NCBI GenBank assembly: GCA_049967415.1 | Contig: JBMFSS010000017.1 | Location: forward strand, 2,030-66,029 | Direction of reading: 5' to 3' | Length of the DNA: 64,000 bases | From: Candidatus Limnocylindrales bacterium | GTDB lineage: Bacteria > Chloroflexota > Limnocylindria > Limnocylindrales > CSP1-4 | Part shown: positions 43,894-53,120 of the stretch, one piece after another | Layout: the number at the start of each line of letters is the position of its first letter | Position numbering within the stretch: position 1 is the first letter of the stretch | The notes under the pieces: model-generated | Databases searched by the model: none | Seen by the model: only the letters and a program-made list of their open reading frames with translations | What the model was told of the DNA's origin: nothing | Program-made: the position numbers and the translations under genes

Positions 43894-45636
43894 ATGACGA
43901 TCCACTACCTGGACGTCGACGACGAAGTCACCACGGCGGTGGCACGCCTGCGGGCGCCGGGCGAGCCGCACGTGGCGCTGGTGCTGCCCGCGGGCTCCCG
44001 GGTGGCCACCAGCCGCATCAATTTCCGGCTCCTGGCGCGGGAGGCGGCGGCCCGGGAGCGCCAGCTCGCGATCGTCGCCCCCGAGACCTCGGTGCGGGCA
44101 ATCGCCATCGCGGCCGGGCTCCCGGCCTACGCGACGGTGGCCGGGTACGAGGCGGCCCTGGCGGAAGCGCTGGAGCAGGAAGCCCTCGAGCGACGCATCG
44201 CCCCGGCGCCGACCATGGTCTCCGGGTCGGCGCCGGGCCCACGGCCGATCTCCCCCGAGGCAATCGCGGGCCGGGGTCCCCGGAGATCGGCCGACTCCGG
44301 CGCTGGGTCGGTTGTGCCGCGCGAGACGGAGGCCGACGCGTCCGCTGGCCGGGGACCCGGGGCGGGGGCTGGCGCGGGGAGCAGGAGCGCGGCCAGGGCG
44401 GGAACCGGGACCGGGCCACGCTCGGCGGGGGCACTGCCGGTGGCCGGCCAGGTGAAAGAGGTCGCGCGGCACGGCCGGCGGCGCTGGCTGGCGATCCTCC
44501 TGGTGGCGCTGCTGGTCCTGCTGCTGGCCGGGGGCGGCGCCCTCTACCTGGTACTGCCCACTGCGCAGATCGTGGTCACCCCGGTGGCCGTCATGCAGGG
44601 CCCGATCTCGCTGCGGGTCACCGCCGACCCCACGGCCACCGCGGTGGACCAGGCGAACCTGGTCATTCCGGCCCAGCAGGTGACCGTCCCTCTCAGCTCC
44701 GAGGGGACCTTCACGTCCAGCGGCCAGAAAGTGAGCCTGACACCCGCCACCGGTACCGTCACGTTCACCAGCAATGACACCATCGACCCGGTGACGATCC
44801 CGGCCGGCACCACGGTTGCCACTCGCTCCGGGGTGGCGTTTCTCACCCAGGCCACCGTGGTCACGCCTCCCGCGACCGTCAGCGGCACCACCATCACCCC
44901 CGGACAGGCCAGCTGCGCGATCCAGGCCGTGGCCCCGGGCCCGGCCGGCAACGTGCCGGCCCACGCCGTCACAGTCGCCTCCACGCGCCTGCAGGCGTTC
45001 CAGGTGACGGTGGACAATCCCGCGCCCACCAGCGGCGGGACCCGTACGGTGACCCGGGTCGTCACCCAGCAGGATTACGATGTGGCCGTGAAGCAGCTCG
45101 GCTCCCGGATCGCCGGCCAGCTATCGGCCGCGATGGCCAATCCGTCGGTTGCCCCGCAAGGGACGACGGTGATCCCGGGGACCGCCACCCTTGGCGCCGT
45201 CTCCACGGTCCCCGCCGCCTCGGCGCTGGTTGGCACCCCGGTCAGCTCGTTCCAGCTGGCCGCCACCGCCACCGCCACCGCGATTGCCGTCTCGCAGCAA
45301 CCGCTCGCCGGCCTCGCTTCGGCACGCCTGCAGCAGTCGATCCCCGCCGGGTGGTCGCTCTTTCCGGGCTCCGTCCACACCTCGGTCAGCAACCCGGTGG
45401 TGCAGAACGGCCAGGTGACCTTTACGGTGGCGGCCAGTGCGCAGCGATGGCACCCCTTGAGCGCGCCGGCACTGCTGGCCCAGGTGAAGGGCAAGACCGT
45501 CGCCGAGGCGCGTGCCATCCTTTCCCAGTACGGGGACGTTTCGATTGCCACTTGGCCCTCGTTCGTGACCACCATCCCGAGCCTTGACGGCCGCGTGACG
45601 CTGTCCGTTGCGGCGCCCCGCCAGGCAGGGACGTGA
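43894..45636 (+). CDS. Single-pass membrane protein: small cytoplasmic N-domain, a low-complexity linker, a TM helix, and a large beta-rich ectodomain with a baseplate-J/gp47-like signature
   Basis: TM helix WLAILLVALLVLLLAGGGALYLVL. Ectodomain ATGTVTFTSNDTIDPVTIPAGTTVATRSGVAFLT...AIQAVAPGPAGNVPAHAV. No family can be confirmed without an HMM search. Confidence 0.55.
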   Translation: MTIHYLDVDDEVTTAVARLRAPGEPHVALVLPAGSRVATSRINFRLLAREAAARERQLAIVAPETSVRAIAIAAGLPAYATVAGYEAALAEALEQEALERRIAPAPTMVSGSAPGPRPISPEAIAGRGPRRSADSGAGSVVPRETEADASAGRGPGAGAGAGSRSAARAGTGTGPRSAGALPVAGQVKEVARHGRRRWLAILLVALLVLLLAGGGALYLVLPTAQIVVTPVAVMQGPISLRVTADPTATAVDQANLVIPAQQVTVPLSSEGTFTSSGQKVSLTPATGTVTFTSNDTIDPVTIPAGTTVATRSGVAFLTQATVVTPPATVSGTTITPGQASCAIQAVAPGPAGNVPAHAVTVASTRLQAFQVTVDNPAPTSGGTRTVTRVVTQQDYDVAVKQLGSRIAGQLSAAMANPSVAPQGTTVIPGTATLGAVSTVPAASALVGTPVSSFQLAATATATAIAVSQQPLAGLASARLQQSIPAGWSLFPGSVHTSVSNPVVQNGQVTFTVAASAQRWHPLSAPALLAQVKGKTVAEARAILSQYGDVSIATWPSFVTTIPSLDGRVTLSVAAPRQAGT

Positions 45637-46133
45637 GCCGGCTCCTGGGCTTGGACCTCGGTGACCACCGGATCGGCGTGGCCGTCGCGGATCTGGCGAC
45701 CGGGGCGATCCGGCCGCTGACCACCCTCCGCCGGGGCGCCCTGGCCGCCGATGCGGCGCGGCTGGCGCGGCTGGCTGCGGAGCAGGACGCCACCGAGCTG
45801 GTCGTTGGACTGCCGCTGGACATGCAGGGCGGCGAGGGCGAACAGGCCGGGAAGACGCGGACCTGGGCCGCGGAGATGACGGCGCGAACGGGCCTGCGCC
45901 TGGGCTGGCGGGACGAGCGGCTGACCACTGCAGCTGCCGAGTCCCGGCAACCCGCCCTCCACCGGCACCGGGAGACCGGCCGTCCCACGCGCTCGTCCAT
46001 CCTCGCCCGCCGGGCACGGGTCGACCAGGAGGCGGCTGTCCTCATCCTGCGCGCGGAACTTGACGTGCGCGGCACGGCGCAGGGTGATCGTTCCCGGGTT
46101 GACCTTCCCGATACCGGGCCCGCGGCCGGATGA
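45633..46133 (+). CDS. ruvX: Putative pre-16S rRNA nuclease / Holliday-junction resolvase-like YqgF
   Basis: LLGLDLGDHRIGVAVAD. GTGA overlap with the upstream gene. Confidence 0.85.
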   Translation: MSRLLGLDLGDHRIGVAVADLATGAIRPLTTLRRGALAADAARLARLAAEQDATELVVGLPLDMQGGEGEQAGKTRTWAAEMTARTGLRLGWRDERLTTAAAESRQPALHRHRETGRPTRSSILARRARVDQEAAVLILRAELDVRGTAQGDRSRVDLPDTGPAAG

Positions 46134-47401
46134 CGGACGATCGCCCGGCGCACGGTGTTCGAAGTGGCGGATATGCGCCACGCTCGGCGCCGCGTCGCTC
46201 GGGGAGCCGCTGGGGGCGCGTTGGTGGGGCCCTGGGGATCCTCGCGGCGGCCGCCCTTCTGCTCTGGCTGCTCACCTCGCTGGCGGTTGGTCCGGCCGTG
46301 AACCGCCTGGTGCTCAGTCTGGCGGAGAGCAACCCCTCCCTGTTGCGCATGAGCCCGGTGGCTGACATCGTGCGTCACCAACTGGGCAACGACCTGTCCG
46401 ATCCGGCCGGCACCAACCCAACGGTGGTCCATTTCACGGTCCCGCTGGGCGCGACGGCCGTTGACGTCGCACAGGACCTCGCACGGGCCGGCCTGGTCAA
46501 GGACCCCTTCGCGATCACCTACCTGGCCATCACGGAGGGAGTGTCGGGGACCATCGAGGCAGGGGCCTACGACCTGAGCCAGACCATGACGCCGCAGGCG
46601 ATCCTGGCCCGCCTGCAGCTGGCCCCCGTCAAGACCGTGAGCGTCCAGTTGCGGGAAGGGCTCCGGATCGAGCAGATCACCGCCTACCTGGAGACGCTGC
46701 CGCTCAAGATGGACGTCCACGCCTTCTACGACCTGGCGATGCATCCAACCGCCGCACTCCTGGCGGAGTACCCGTTCCTCTCGGTCCTTCCGGCCGGCCA
46801 CTCCCTGGAGGGCTTCCTGGGAGCCGGTACGTTCGACGTCTACGCGGACGTGACGCCCGACCAGTTGGTGCGCGATCTGCTGGACCTCTGGCAGACGGAC
46901 GTGGGGATGGGTCCCCTGCAGGAGGCCCAGAAGGAGGGGAAGGACTTCTATCAGGTTTTGGCGCTGGCCAGCCTTGTCGAACAGGAGGCGCGGGTTGACT
47001 CCGAGCGGCCCCTGATCGCCGGCGTCTACGCGAACCGGCTGGCGCGCGGGATGCCCCTGGACGCGGACCCCACCGTCATCTACGGCTGGGATACCGTGCA
47101 ACTGCGCAAGCTGCCGTTCGCAAAGTGGCAGGACTACGTCTTCTGGAACGCCCTGGCCAACCCGGGGGGTGTGACATTGCCCAAGGACCTGAAAGGGTTC
47201 CAGACCTACGCGGGCCCCGGCATGATCCCCTGGCCGATCTGTACGCCCAGCCCGGCCTCCATCCAGGCAGCACTCCATCCGGACACGGCCACCGGCTACC
47301 TCTATTTCGTGGCCAGGACCGATGGCAGCCACACCCACGCGTTTTCGAAGACCTACGCGGAGCAGCTGGCAAATATGCGAAAGTACGGGTACATCCAGTG
47401 A
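46130..47401 (+). CDS. mltG: Endolytic murein transglycosylase MltG (YceG-like)
   Basis: N-terminal TM helix, LREGLRIEQI, LASLVEQEA (catalytic Glu region) and DPTVIYG. ATGA overlap. Confidence 0.88.
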   Translation: MTDDRPAHGVRSGGYAPRSAPRRSGSRWGRVGGALGILAAAALLLWLLTSLAVGPAVNRLVLSLAESNPSLLRMSPVADIVRHQLGNDLSDPAGTNPTVVHFTVPLGATAVDVAQDLARAGLVKDPFAITYLAITEGVSGTIEAGAYDLSQTMTPQAILARLQLAPVKTVSVQLREGLRIEQITAYLETLPLKMDVHAFYDLAMHPTAALLAEYPFLSVLPAGHSLEGFLGAGTFDVYADVTPDQLVRDLLDLWQTDVGMGPLQEAQKEGKDFYQVLALASLVEQEARVDSERPLIAGVYANRLARGMPLDADPTVIYGWDTVQLRKLPFAKWQDYVFWNALANPGGVTLPKDLKGFQTYAGPGMIPWPICTPSPASIQAALHPDTATGYLYFVARTDGSHTHAFSKTYAEQLANMRKYGYIQ

Positions 47402-48630
47402 CGAGCATTCCGGTATCGCCCGTTGCGGGGCGCGTTCCCTCTCTCGACGATCTGGCGCGATGGAAGGCAGCCGACGAGGCTGCCCGGGGGGCGCGGCTGA
47501 CACGCTTCCGCGCGCGCCTGGAGCGGGAGGGTGTTGACGCATACCTGGGCCTCAGCCGAGAGAACACCCGGTACCTGACGGGGTTCGTGCTGGGCGAAGG
47601 GGAGGAGAAGGTCGCCGGCGACTCGGGTCGCTTCCTGGTGACCGGGGACGACCTGGTGGTGCTGGCGGACCCCCGCTACGACGAGCAGGCCCGCGAAGAG
47701 TGTCCGGCGGCCCGCATCGAGGAGTCCTACTACGACCTGCCGGAACGGTGGCCCGCCATCCTGGGCCGTCTCCACGGGTCGGGCGGCCGGCCGGTGCGTC
47801 GGGTCGCCGTCGAAGCGCGCCTGGTCAGCCATGCGCTGTGGAACGACCTGGCAGCCGCCGCGCCGGAAGCGGAGCTGGTCCCGGTCGATGGGTGGGTCGA
47901 GGCGCTCCGGGCGGTGAAGGAGCCGTCCGAGCTCGAGCGCGTGGCGGCCGCCTGTGCCGTCGCCGACGCGGCCCTGGGGCGGCTGCTCCCCCGGATCCGG
48001 CCGGGCGTGAGCGAGCACGATCTGGCCCTGCAGCTCGAGTGGGAGATGCGGACCGGCGGGGCCGAGGCGCTCGCCTTCGACGTGACGTGCCTGTCGGGGC
48101 CGCGTGCGGCGCTGCCCCACGGCTCTCCCGGCGAGCGCCAGGTGCGGGCCGGCGAAGTACTCCTCTTTGACTTCGGGGCACAGGTCGCCGGCTATCGGAG
48201 CGACATGACCCGCACCCTTTTCGTGGGCGACCCTGCTTCGCGGGACCTGCAGCTGTACCAGCTGGTGGCCGCGGCCCAGGAGGCGGCGTTCGCCCTGCTG
48301 GGCGAGGCCGCCGCGCGGCACGTCGCCCCGACGGGCGTCGCGGTCGATGGCGCGGCCCGCGAGGTGATCGCGGCCGCCGGGTACTCGGAACAGTTCGGGC
48401 ACGGGCTGGGGCACGGGATCGGGCTGGCCACCCACGAGGCCCCCTCTCTGAGCCGCCGGGCGGCCCCCGAGCCTCTCCCGTGGCCGACCGTCTTTTCGGT
48501 GGAGCCGGGCGTCTACCTGCCCGGCGTGACCGGGATACGGATCGAGGACCTGGTGCGTTTCGATGCCGGCGCGGGCCGGGTCGAGCGCCTGACGGGGTTC
48601 GCTCGGGAGGTCACGGTGGTGGGGGCGTAG
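47398..48630 (+). CDS. pepP: Xaa-Pro aminopeptidase/dipeptidase (M24B)
   Basis: Motifs DFGAQVAGYRSDMTRT, HGLGHGIGL, SVEPGVY and IRIED. GTGA overlap with mltG; the track start at 47125 is an over-extension. Confidence 0.88.
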   Translation: MTSIPVSPVAGRVPSLDDLARWKAADEAARGARLTRFRARLEREGVDAYLGLSRENTRYLTGFVLGEGEEKVAGDSGRFLVTGDDLVVLADPRYDEQAREECPAARIEESYYDLPERWPAILGRLHGSGGRPVRRVAVEARLVSHALWNDLAAAAPEAELVPVDGWVEALRAVKEPSELERVAAACAVADAALGRLLPRIRPGVSEHDLALQLEWEMRTGGAEALAFDVTCLSGPRAALPHGSPGERQVRAGEVLLFDFGAQVAGYRSDMTRTLFVGDPASRDLQLYQLVAAAQEAAFALLGEAAARHVAPTGVAVDGAAREVIAAAGYSEQFGHGLGHGIGLATHEAPSLSRRAAPEPLPWPTVFSVEPGVYLPGVTGIRIEDLVRFDAGAGRVERLTGFAREVTVVGA

Positions 48631-48648
48631 GGGCCTGCGCTGGCCCGC

Positions 48649-48654
48649 TACAAT
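48649..48654 (+). promoter_or_regulatory. -10 box (TACAAT) of efp, followed by a structured leader of about 60 nt and an AGAGGAG RBS
   Basis: gcTACAATcaggg. Hairpins at 48657-48677 and 48679-48695 (GGCCGCC-gtc-GGCGGCC). Confidence 0.45.
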
Positions 48655-48721
48655 CAGGGAACCCGGCGACGGGTCCCGGGCCGCCGTCGGCGGCCGCCCA
48701 ACCAGAGGAGTCATCCCGAAC

Positions 48722-49279
48722 ATGGTCTCGACCGGTGACCTGCGCAAGGGGATCGTGATCGAGCTCGATGGCGAGCTCTGGCAGATCCTCGACTATCACC
48801 ACATCAAGATGGGCCGAGGATCGGCACAGGTTCGCATCAAGCTGAAGAACGTCAAGCGTGGGCAGACGGTCGAGCGCTCGTTCCAGGCCGGCGACAAGTG
48901 GCCGCGGGCCCAGCTCGATCGCCGCCAGGTGCAGTTCCTGTACCGGGACGGCGACGAGTTTCACTTCATGGACACCGACTCGTTCGACCAGTTCACCCTG
49001 TCGGCCGAACAGCTCGGCGACGCGGTCTCCTACCTCCAGGACGGGATGATGCTGGACCGGACCAGCTACGAGGGAGAGACCATCGGCGTTGAGCTGCCGA
49101 TCACGGTCGACATGGTGGTGCAGGCGACGGAGCCGGGGTTTGCGGGGGACACCGCGACCGGCGCGCGCAAACCCGCCACCACCGAGACGGGTCTGACGGT
49201 CCAGGTTCCGCTTTTCGTCAACGAGGGCGACACGATCCGGATCGACACCCGCACGGGCGAGTACCTGACCCGGGTCTGA
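48722..49279 (+). CDS. efp: Elongation factor P
   Basis: GDLRKGIVIELDGELW, HIKMGRGSAQVRIKLKN; 185 aa. Confidence 0.95.
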   Translation: MVSTGDLRKGIVIELDGELWQILDYHHIKMGRGSAQVRIKLKNVKRGQTVERSFQAGDKWPRAQLDRRQVQFLYRDGDEFHFMDTDSFDQFTLSAEQLGDAVSYLQDGMMLDRTSYEGETIGVELPITVDMVVQATEPGFAGDTATGARKPATTETGLTVQVPLFVNEGDTIRIDTRTGEYLTRV

Positions 49280-49329
49280 GCTGCTCCCGGCCGCCTGCTG
49301 CCGGCGCCGCGGACCCGCGGAGGCGCGCG

Positions 49330-50808
49330 ATGGATGACGATCGAAGCAGGGACGCGCGTCCCTGGGAGCGCTGGCTCGTGCCCACCGGCAGGTCGCCGGC
49401 CGCCGGACCGCCGGACCCGGAGCCACCGCCGCAGGGAGCACCGACCTCGCGGGTGGCGGCCGCCGAGAGCACCGGCAACACCGATGATGACCGGGTTGCC
49501 GCGGCCAGCCCTGGGTATCGCGCCCGGATCTGGACCGTGGGCGACGTCACGCGTGCCGTGCGCGAGGCGCTGCGTGCCGAGCCTGGCTTCGGGGACCTGT
49601 GGGTCGAGGGCGAGGTGGGACAGGTGACGGTCAGCGCGGCCGGTCACTGCTATTTCGCCTTGCGCGACGGCCGGGCGCAGCTTGCCTGCGTCTACTTCCG
49701 CGCCCGGCGCATGGCCAGCCCGTTTGAGCCACGCACGGGACTGCGGGTCGTCGCGCGCGGCCGCCTGGACGTCTACGAAGCGGCGGGCACCTACCAGCTG
49801 TACGTCGAGTCCGTCCAGCCTGCGGGCTTCGGGGACCTTGGACTGCGCTTCGAGGCGCTCAAGGCGCAGCTGCTGGCGGAAGGGCTCTTCGATCCCGGCC
49901 GGCGCCGGCCGATACCCGTCTCGCCGCGGTTGATCGGGGTGGCGACCAGCACGTCGGGCGCGGTCCTGCACGACATCCTGCAGGTGCTGCGCCGGCGTTG
50001 GCCGCTGGTGCGCGTGGTGGTGGCGCCTTGCCAGGTGCAGGGCGAGGCCGCGCCGCCCACCATCGTGGCGGCGCTGGAACGGCTCGGGCGCTGGCGCGAC
50101 CCGGCGAGCGGAAGAGCGCCCGACGTGCTGATCCTGGCCCGCGGAGGGGGGTCGCTCCAGGACCTCTGGGCGTTCAACGACGAGCGGGTGGTGCGGGCCG
50201 TGGCCGCCTCGCCCATCCCGGTGGTGACCGGGGTGGGGCACGAGACCGACGTCACCCTGGTGGACTTTGCCGCCGATCTGCGGGCCCCCACGCCTTCTGC
50301 CGCCGCCGAACTGGTGGTGCCATCCCGGGCGGAGGCAGCGGCGGCGCTCCGGGGGACCCGGTCCCGCCTGGTGGTGGCCGCCTCGCGGGGGGTCGAGGCA
50401 CGGCGGGCGGCTCTGGAGGCCGAACACCGCGCGCTGCTGCGGCGCGGCCCGGCGGCGGTGCTGGCCGGTGCCCGGCAGCGATCGGGTGACCTCCTCGACC
50501 GTGCACGGCGCGCCTTCGACACGGAAATCCGGTTCGAGCGGAACCGGCTCGAGCGGGTCGCGGATCGCCTGTCGCCACTGCTGGAGGGGCACCTGGCCGG
50601 CGCGCGCAGCGAGCTCGCCGCCGCCGCAGCTTCCGTGGCGGCCCTCTCACCCTACGCCACCCTGGAGCGCGGATACGCCATCGTGCGGGGGCCGGACGGG
50701 CGCGTCCTCACCGTAGCGGCAAAGGCGGCGCCCGGGGACGCGCTGGAGGTCCGCCTTGCGCGCGGGGCGCTGGGCGCGATTGTCCGGGACGTGCGAGACT
50801 CGGCCTGA
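49330..50808 (+). CDS. xseA: Exodeoxyribonuclease VII large subunit
   Basis: OB fold LWVEGEVGQV, LARGGGSLQDLWAFNDE, VTGVGHETD, and a C-terminal coiled coil. The N-terminal extension of about 60 aa makes the start uncertain. Confidence 0.88.
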   Translation: MDDDRSRDARPWERWLVPTGRSPAAGPPDPEPPPQGAPTSRVAAAESTGNTDDDRVAAASPGYRARIWTVGDVTRAVREALRAEPGFGDLWVEGEVGQVTVSAAGHCYFALRDGRAQLACVYFRARRMASPFEPRTGLRVVARGRLDVYEAAGTYQLYVESVQPAGFGDLGLRFEALKAQLLAEGLFDPGRRRPIPVSPRLIGVATSTSGAVLHDILQVLRRRWPLVRVVVAPCQVQGEAAPPTIVAALERLGRWRDPASGRAPDVLILARGGGSLQDLWAFNDERVVRAVAASPIPVVTGVGHETDVTLVDFAADLRAPTPSAAAELVVPSRAEAAAALRGTRSRLVVAASRGVEARRAALEAEHRALLRRGPAAVLAGARQRSGDLLDRARRAFDTEIRFERNRLERVADRLSPLLEGHLAGARSELAAAAASVAALSPYATLERGYAIVRGPDGRVLTVAAKAAPGDALEVRLARGALGAIVRDVRDSA

Positions 50809-51083
50809 TGCAACCGCCTGCGGACGAAATCGGCACCCTCACGTTCGATGCAGCCCTCGCGCAGCTCGGGGAAGTGGTTGCGCGGCTCGAGGACGGCGGA
50901 CTGCCGCTGGAAACCTCGATCGCGCTCTACGAACGAGGCGTGGCGCTCCACGCGCACTGTGCGAGGCTCCTGGACGATGCGGAGCTGCGCGTCCAGCGGC
51001 TGCTCGAAGATACGGGAGGAGCGCTGCGGGTTTCCGACCTCTCGCCCGACGACGCGGGCGACGAGGGAGCACCGGGCGCGTAA
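50808..51083 (+). CDS. xseB: Exodeoxyribonuclease VII small subunit
   Basis: LTFDAALAQLGEVVARLEDGGLPLETSIALYERG. TGATG overlap with xseA. Confidence 0.88.
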   Translation: MQPPADEIGTLTFDAALAQLGEVVARLEDGGLPLETSIALYERGVALHAHCARLLDDAELRVQRLLEDTGGALRVSDLSPDDAGDEGAPGA

Positions 51084-51086
51084 AAT
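51081..51086 (+). promoter_or_regulatory. -10 box (TAAAAT) 6 nt before the dxs ATG. Its TAA is also the xseB stop codon.
   Basis: gcgTAAAATcctgcgATG. Confidence 0.45.
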
Positions 51087-51092
51087 CCTGCG

Positions 51093-53120
51093 ATGCCAGC
51101 CCCGGAGGACGCCATGTCGATTCTTGCGTCGCTGACCGGGCCACGTGACCTGCGCGCGCTCGACGACGCGCAACTTGCGGCTCTCTGCGAGGAGATCCGT
51201 CGCACCATCATCGAGACCGTGGCGGTCACCTGTGGGCATCTCGGCAGCTCGCTCGGCGTGGTGGAGTTGACGGTCGCCCTGCACCGGCTGCTCGACTCGC
51301 CCCGCGACCGAATCGTATGGGACACAGGTCACCAGGCCTACCCGCACAAGCTGCTCACCGGACGCTTGGACCGGTTCGCGACCCTGCGCCAGCTGGGTGG
51401 GATCGGCGGGTTTCCGCGCCGGAGCGAGAGCGAGCACGACGTGATGGACGGCGGCCACGCCGGGACCGGGCTCTCCATCGCGGAGGGCCTGGCGGCGGCC
51501 CGCGACCTGCGCGGCGGACACGAGCGGATCGTGGTCGTGGTGGGCGACGCGGCGCTCATGAGCGGGCTCGCCCTGGAGGCGCTGAACGACATCGGCCAGC
51601 GCCAGCGGAACCTGCTGATCGTGCTCAACGACAACGAGATGAGCATCTCGCCCACCGTTGGCGCGCTCTCCAACTACCTGAGCGCGCTCAAGCTCTCGCA
51701 GGCCTGGCAGACCACCAAGGCCGGATACGATGCCTTCCTGGAGCACATGCCCATTGTGGGGACCACTGCCGTGGAGCTGTCACGGCGTGCGCGCAAGTCG
51801 GTGGTCAACTTCGCCCAGCAACCCGGGCACCTCTTTGAGGACCTGGGGATCACCTACATCGGCGTGGTACCGGGCCATGACCTGGAGGCCCTCACCTCCA
51901 CCTTCCGGCGCGCCCTGCGCCTGGAGGGCCCCGTGATCGTGCACGTTCGGACGCAGAAGGGCCACGGGTATGCGCCCGCCGAGACCGACCAGGTGGGCTT
52001 CCACGGAGCAGCGCTGCCGCCGATGCAGGTACCGGGGGCCCTGGCCGGGGTGCCGGTTCCAGCGGGGCCGAACGGGGACGGCGACGCCACGCCTTCGGTC
52101 GCCCAGGCGGCGGCGGCCGCGCGCAAACCGCCGACCTACACCGCGGTGCTGGTCCAGGAGCTGCTGGCCATCGCGGCCGAGGACCCGCGCGTGGTGGCCA
52201 TCACGGCCGGGATGCCCACCGGTACGGGCCTCAACCTCTTCCAGGCGGCCTACCCGGAGCGCTTCTTTGACGTGGGGATCGCCGAGCCGCACGCGGTCAC
52301 TTTTGCGACCGGCCTCGCCCTCGGCGGCCTGCGGCCGTTCGTGGCCATCTACTCGACGTTTTTGCAGCGCGCCTTCGACCAGACCGTCCACGACGTTTGT
52401 CAGAACGACCAGCCCGTGGTGATCGGCGTCGACCGGGCCGGCCTCGTGGGCGAGGACGGGACCAGCCACCAGGGGATGTTCACCCTCCCCGCCCAGCGCC
52501 AGCTCCCCAACCTGGTCATCAGCGCTCCCAAGGACGAGCAGGAACTCCGGCAGCTGCTTCGCACCGCGTTCGCCCAGCCCCATCCGTTTGCCGTCCACTA
52601 CCCGCGGGACCCCGGGCTCGACCTGCCGCCCAGCCCGCCGGTCCCACTGCCCGTCGGCCAGGGGGAGCTGCTGCGCGAAGGCAACGATCTGCTGCTGGTG
52701 GGCTTCGGTCCCATCGTGATGCGGGCGGTGGCGGTGGCCGAGGCACTGCAGCGGGATGGCTGGTCGGTGGGGGTGGTCAACGCGCGGTTCCTGAACCCGC
52801 TCGACGAGACGCTGATCGTGGGCCAGGCGCGCGGCAAGCAACTGGTCGTCACCTTCGAGGAGAGCGTCGAGACCGGGGGGTTCGGCTCGGCGGTCCTCGA
52901 GGCGTTCGCACGGGCCGGTCTCGACGATCCGGAGCTGCGCGCGATCCCGGTCCGGGTCGTGGGCATCCCCGCGGGCCGGTTCGTGGACCATGGCTCGGTG
53001 GCGGACCTGCGCCGGACGCTCCGGCTCGACGTCGATGGGCTGGAGGCACAGGTACGGGAGACGATCGCGGAACTCGGGCTCGTTCCATCGCAGCCCATGC
53101 TGGAGGGTCGTCTCGCCTGA
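51093..53120 (+). CDS. dxs: 1-deoxy-D-xylulose-5-phosphate synthase
   Basis: Motifs GHLGSSLGVVELTVALH, DTGHQAYPHKLLTGR, VVGDAALMSG and GEDGTSHQG. Confidence 0.95.
   Translation: MPAPEDAMSILASLTGPRDLRALDDAQLAALCEEIRRTIIETVAVTCGHLGSSLGVVELTVALHRLLDSPRDRIVWDTGHQAYPHKLLTGRLDRFATLRQLGGIGGFPRRSESEHDVMDGGHAGTGLSIAEGLAAARDLRGGHERIVVVVGDAALMSGLALEALNDIGQRQRNLLIVLNDNEMSISPTVGALSNYLSALKLSQAWQTTKAGYDAFLEHMPIVGTTAVELSRRARKSVVNFAQQPGHLFEDLGITYIGVVPGHDLEALTSTFRRALRLEGPVIVHVRTQKGHGYAPAETDQVGFHGAALPPMQVPGALAGVPVPAGPNGDGDATPSVAQAAAAARKPPTYTAVLVQELLAIAAEDPRVVAITAGMPTGTGLNLFQAAYPERFFDVGIAEPHAVTFATGLALGGLRPFVAIYSTFLQRAFDQTVHDVCQNDQPVVIGVDRAGLVGEDGTSHQGMFTLPAQRQLPNLVISAPKDEQELRQLLRTAFAQPHPFAVHYPRDPGLDLPPSPPVPLPVGQGELLREGNDLLLVGFGPIVMRAVAVAEALQRDGWSVGVVNARFLNPLDETLIVGQARGKQLVVTFEESVETGGFGSAVLEAFARAGLDDPELRAIPVRVVGIPAGRFVDHGSVADLRRTLRLDVDGLEAQVRETIAELGLVPSQPMLEGRLA

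Noticed and set aside
43894-45636. The baseplate-J-like protein as evidence of a prophage, tailocin or contractile injection system (and the DUF4157-like gene at 30199-30675 as its cargo)
   Set aside because: No sheath, tube, spike, tape-measure or AAA+ disassembly genes occur anywhere in the window. The two genes are 13 kb apart. The protein has a TM anchor and a housekeeping context.
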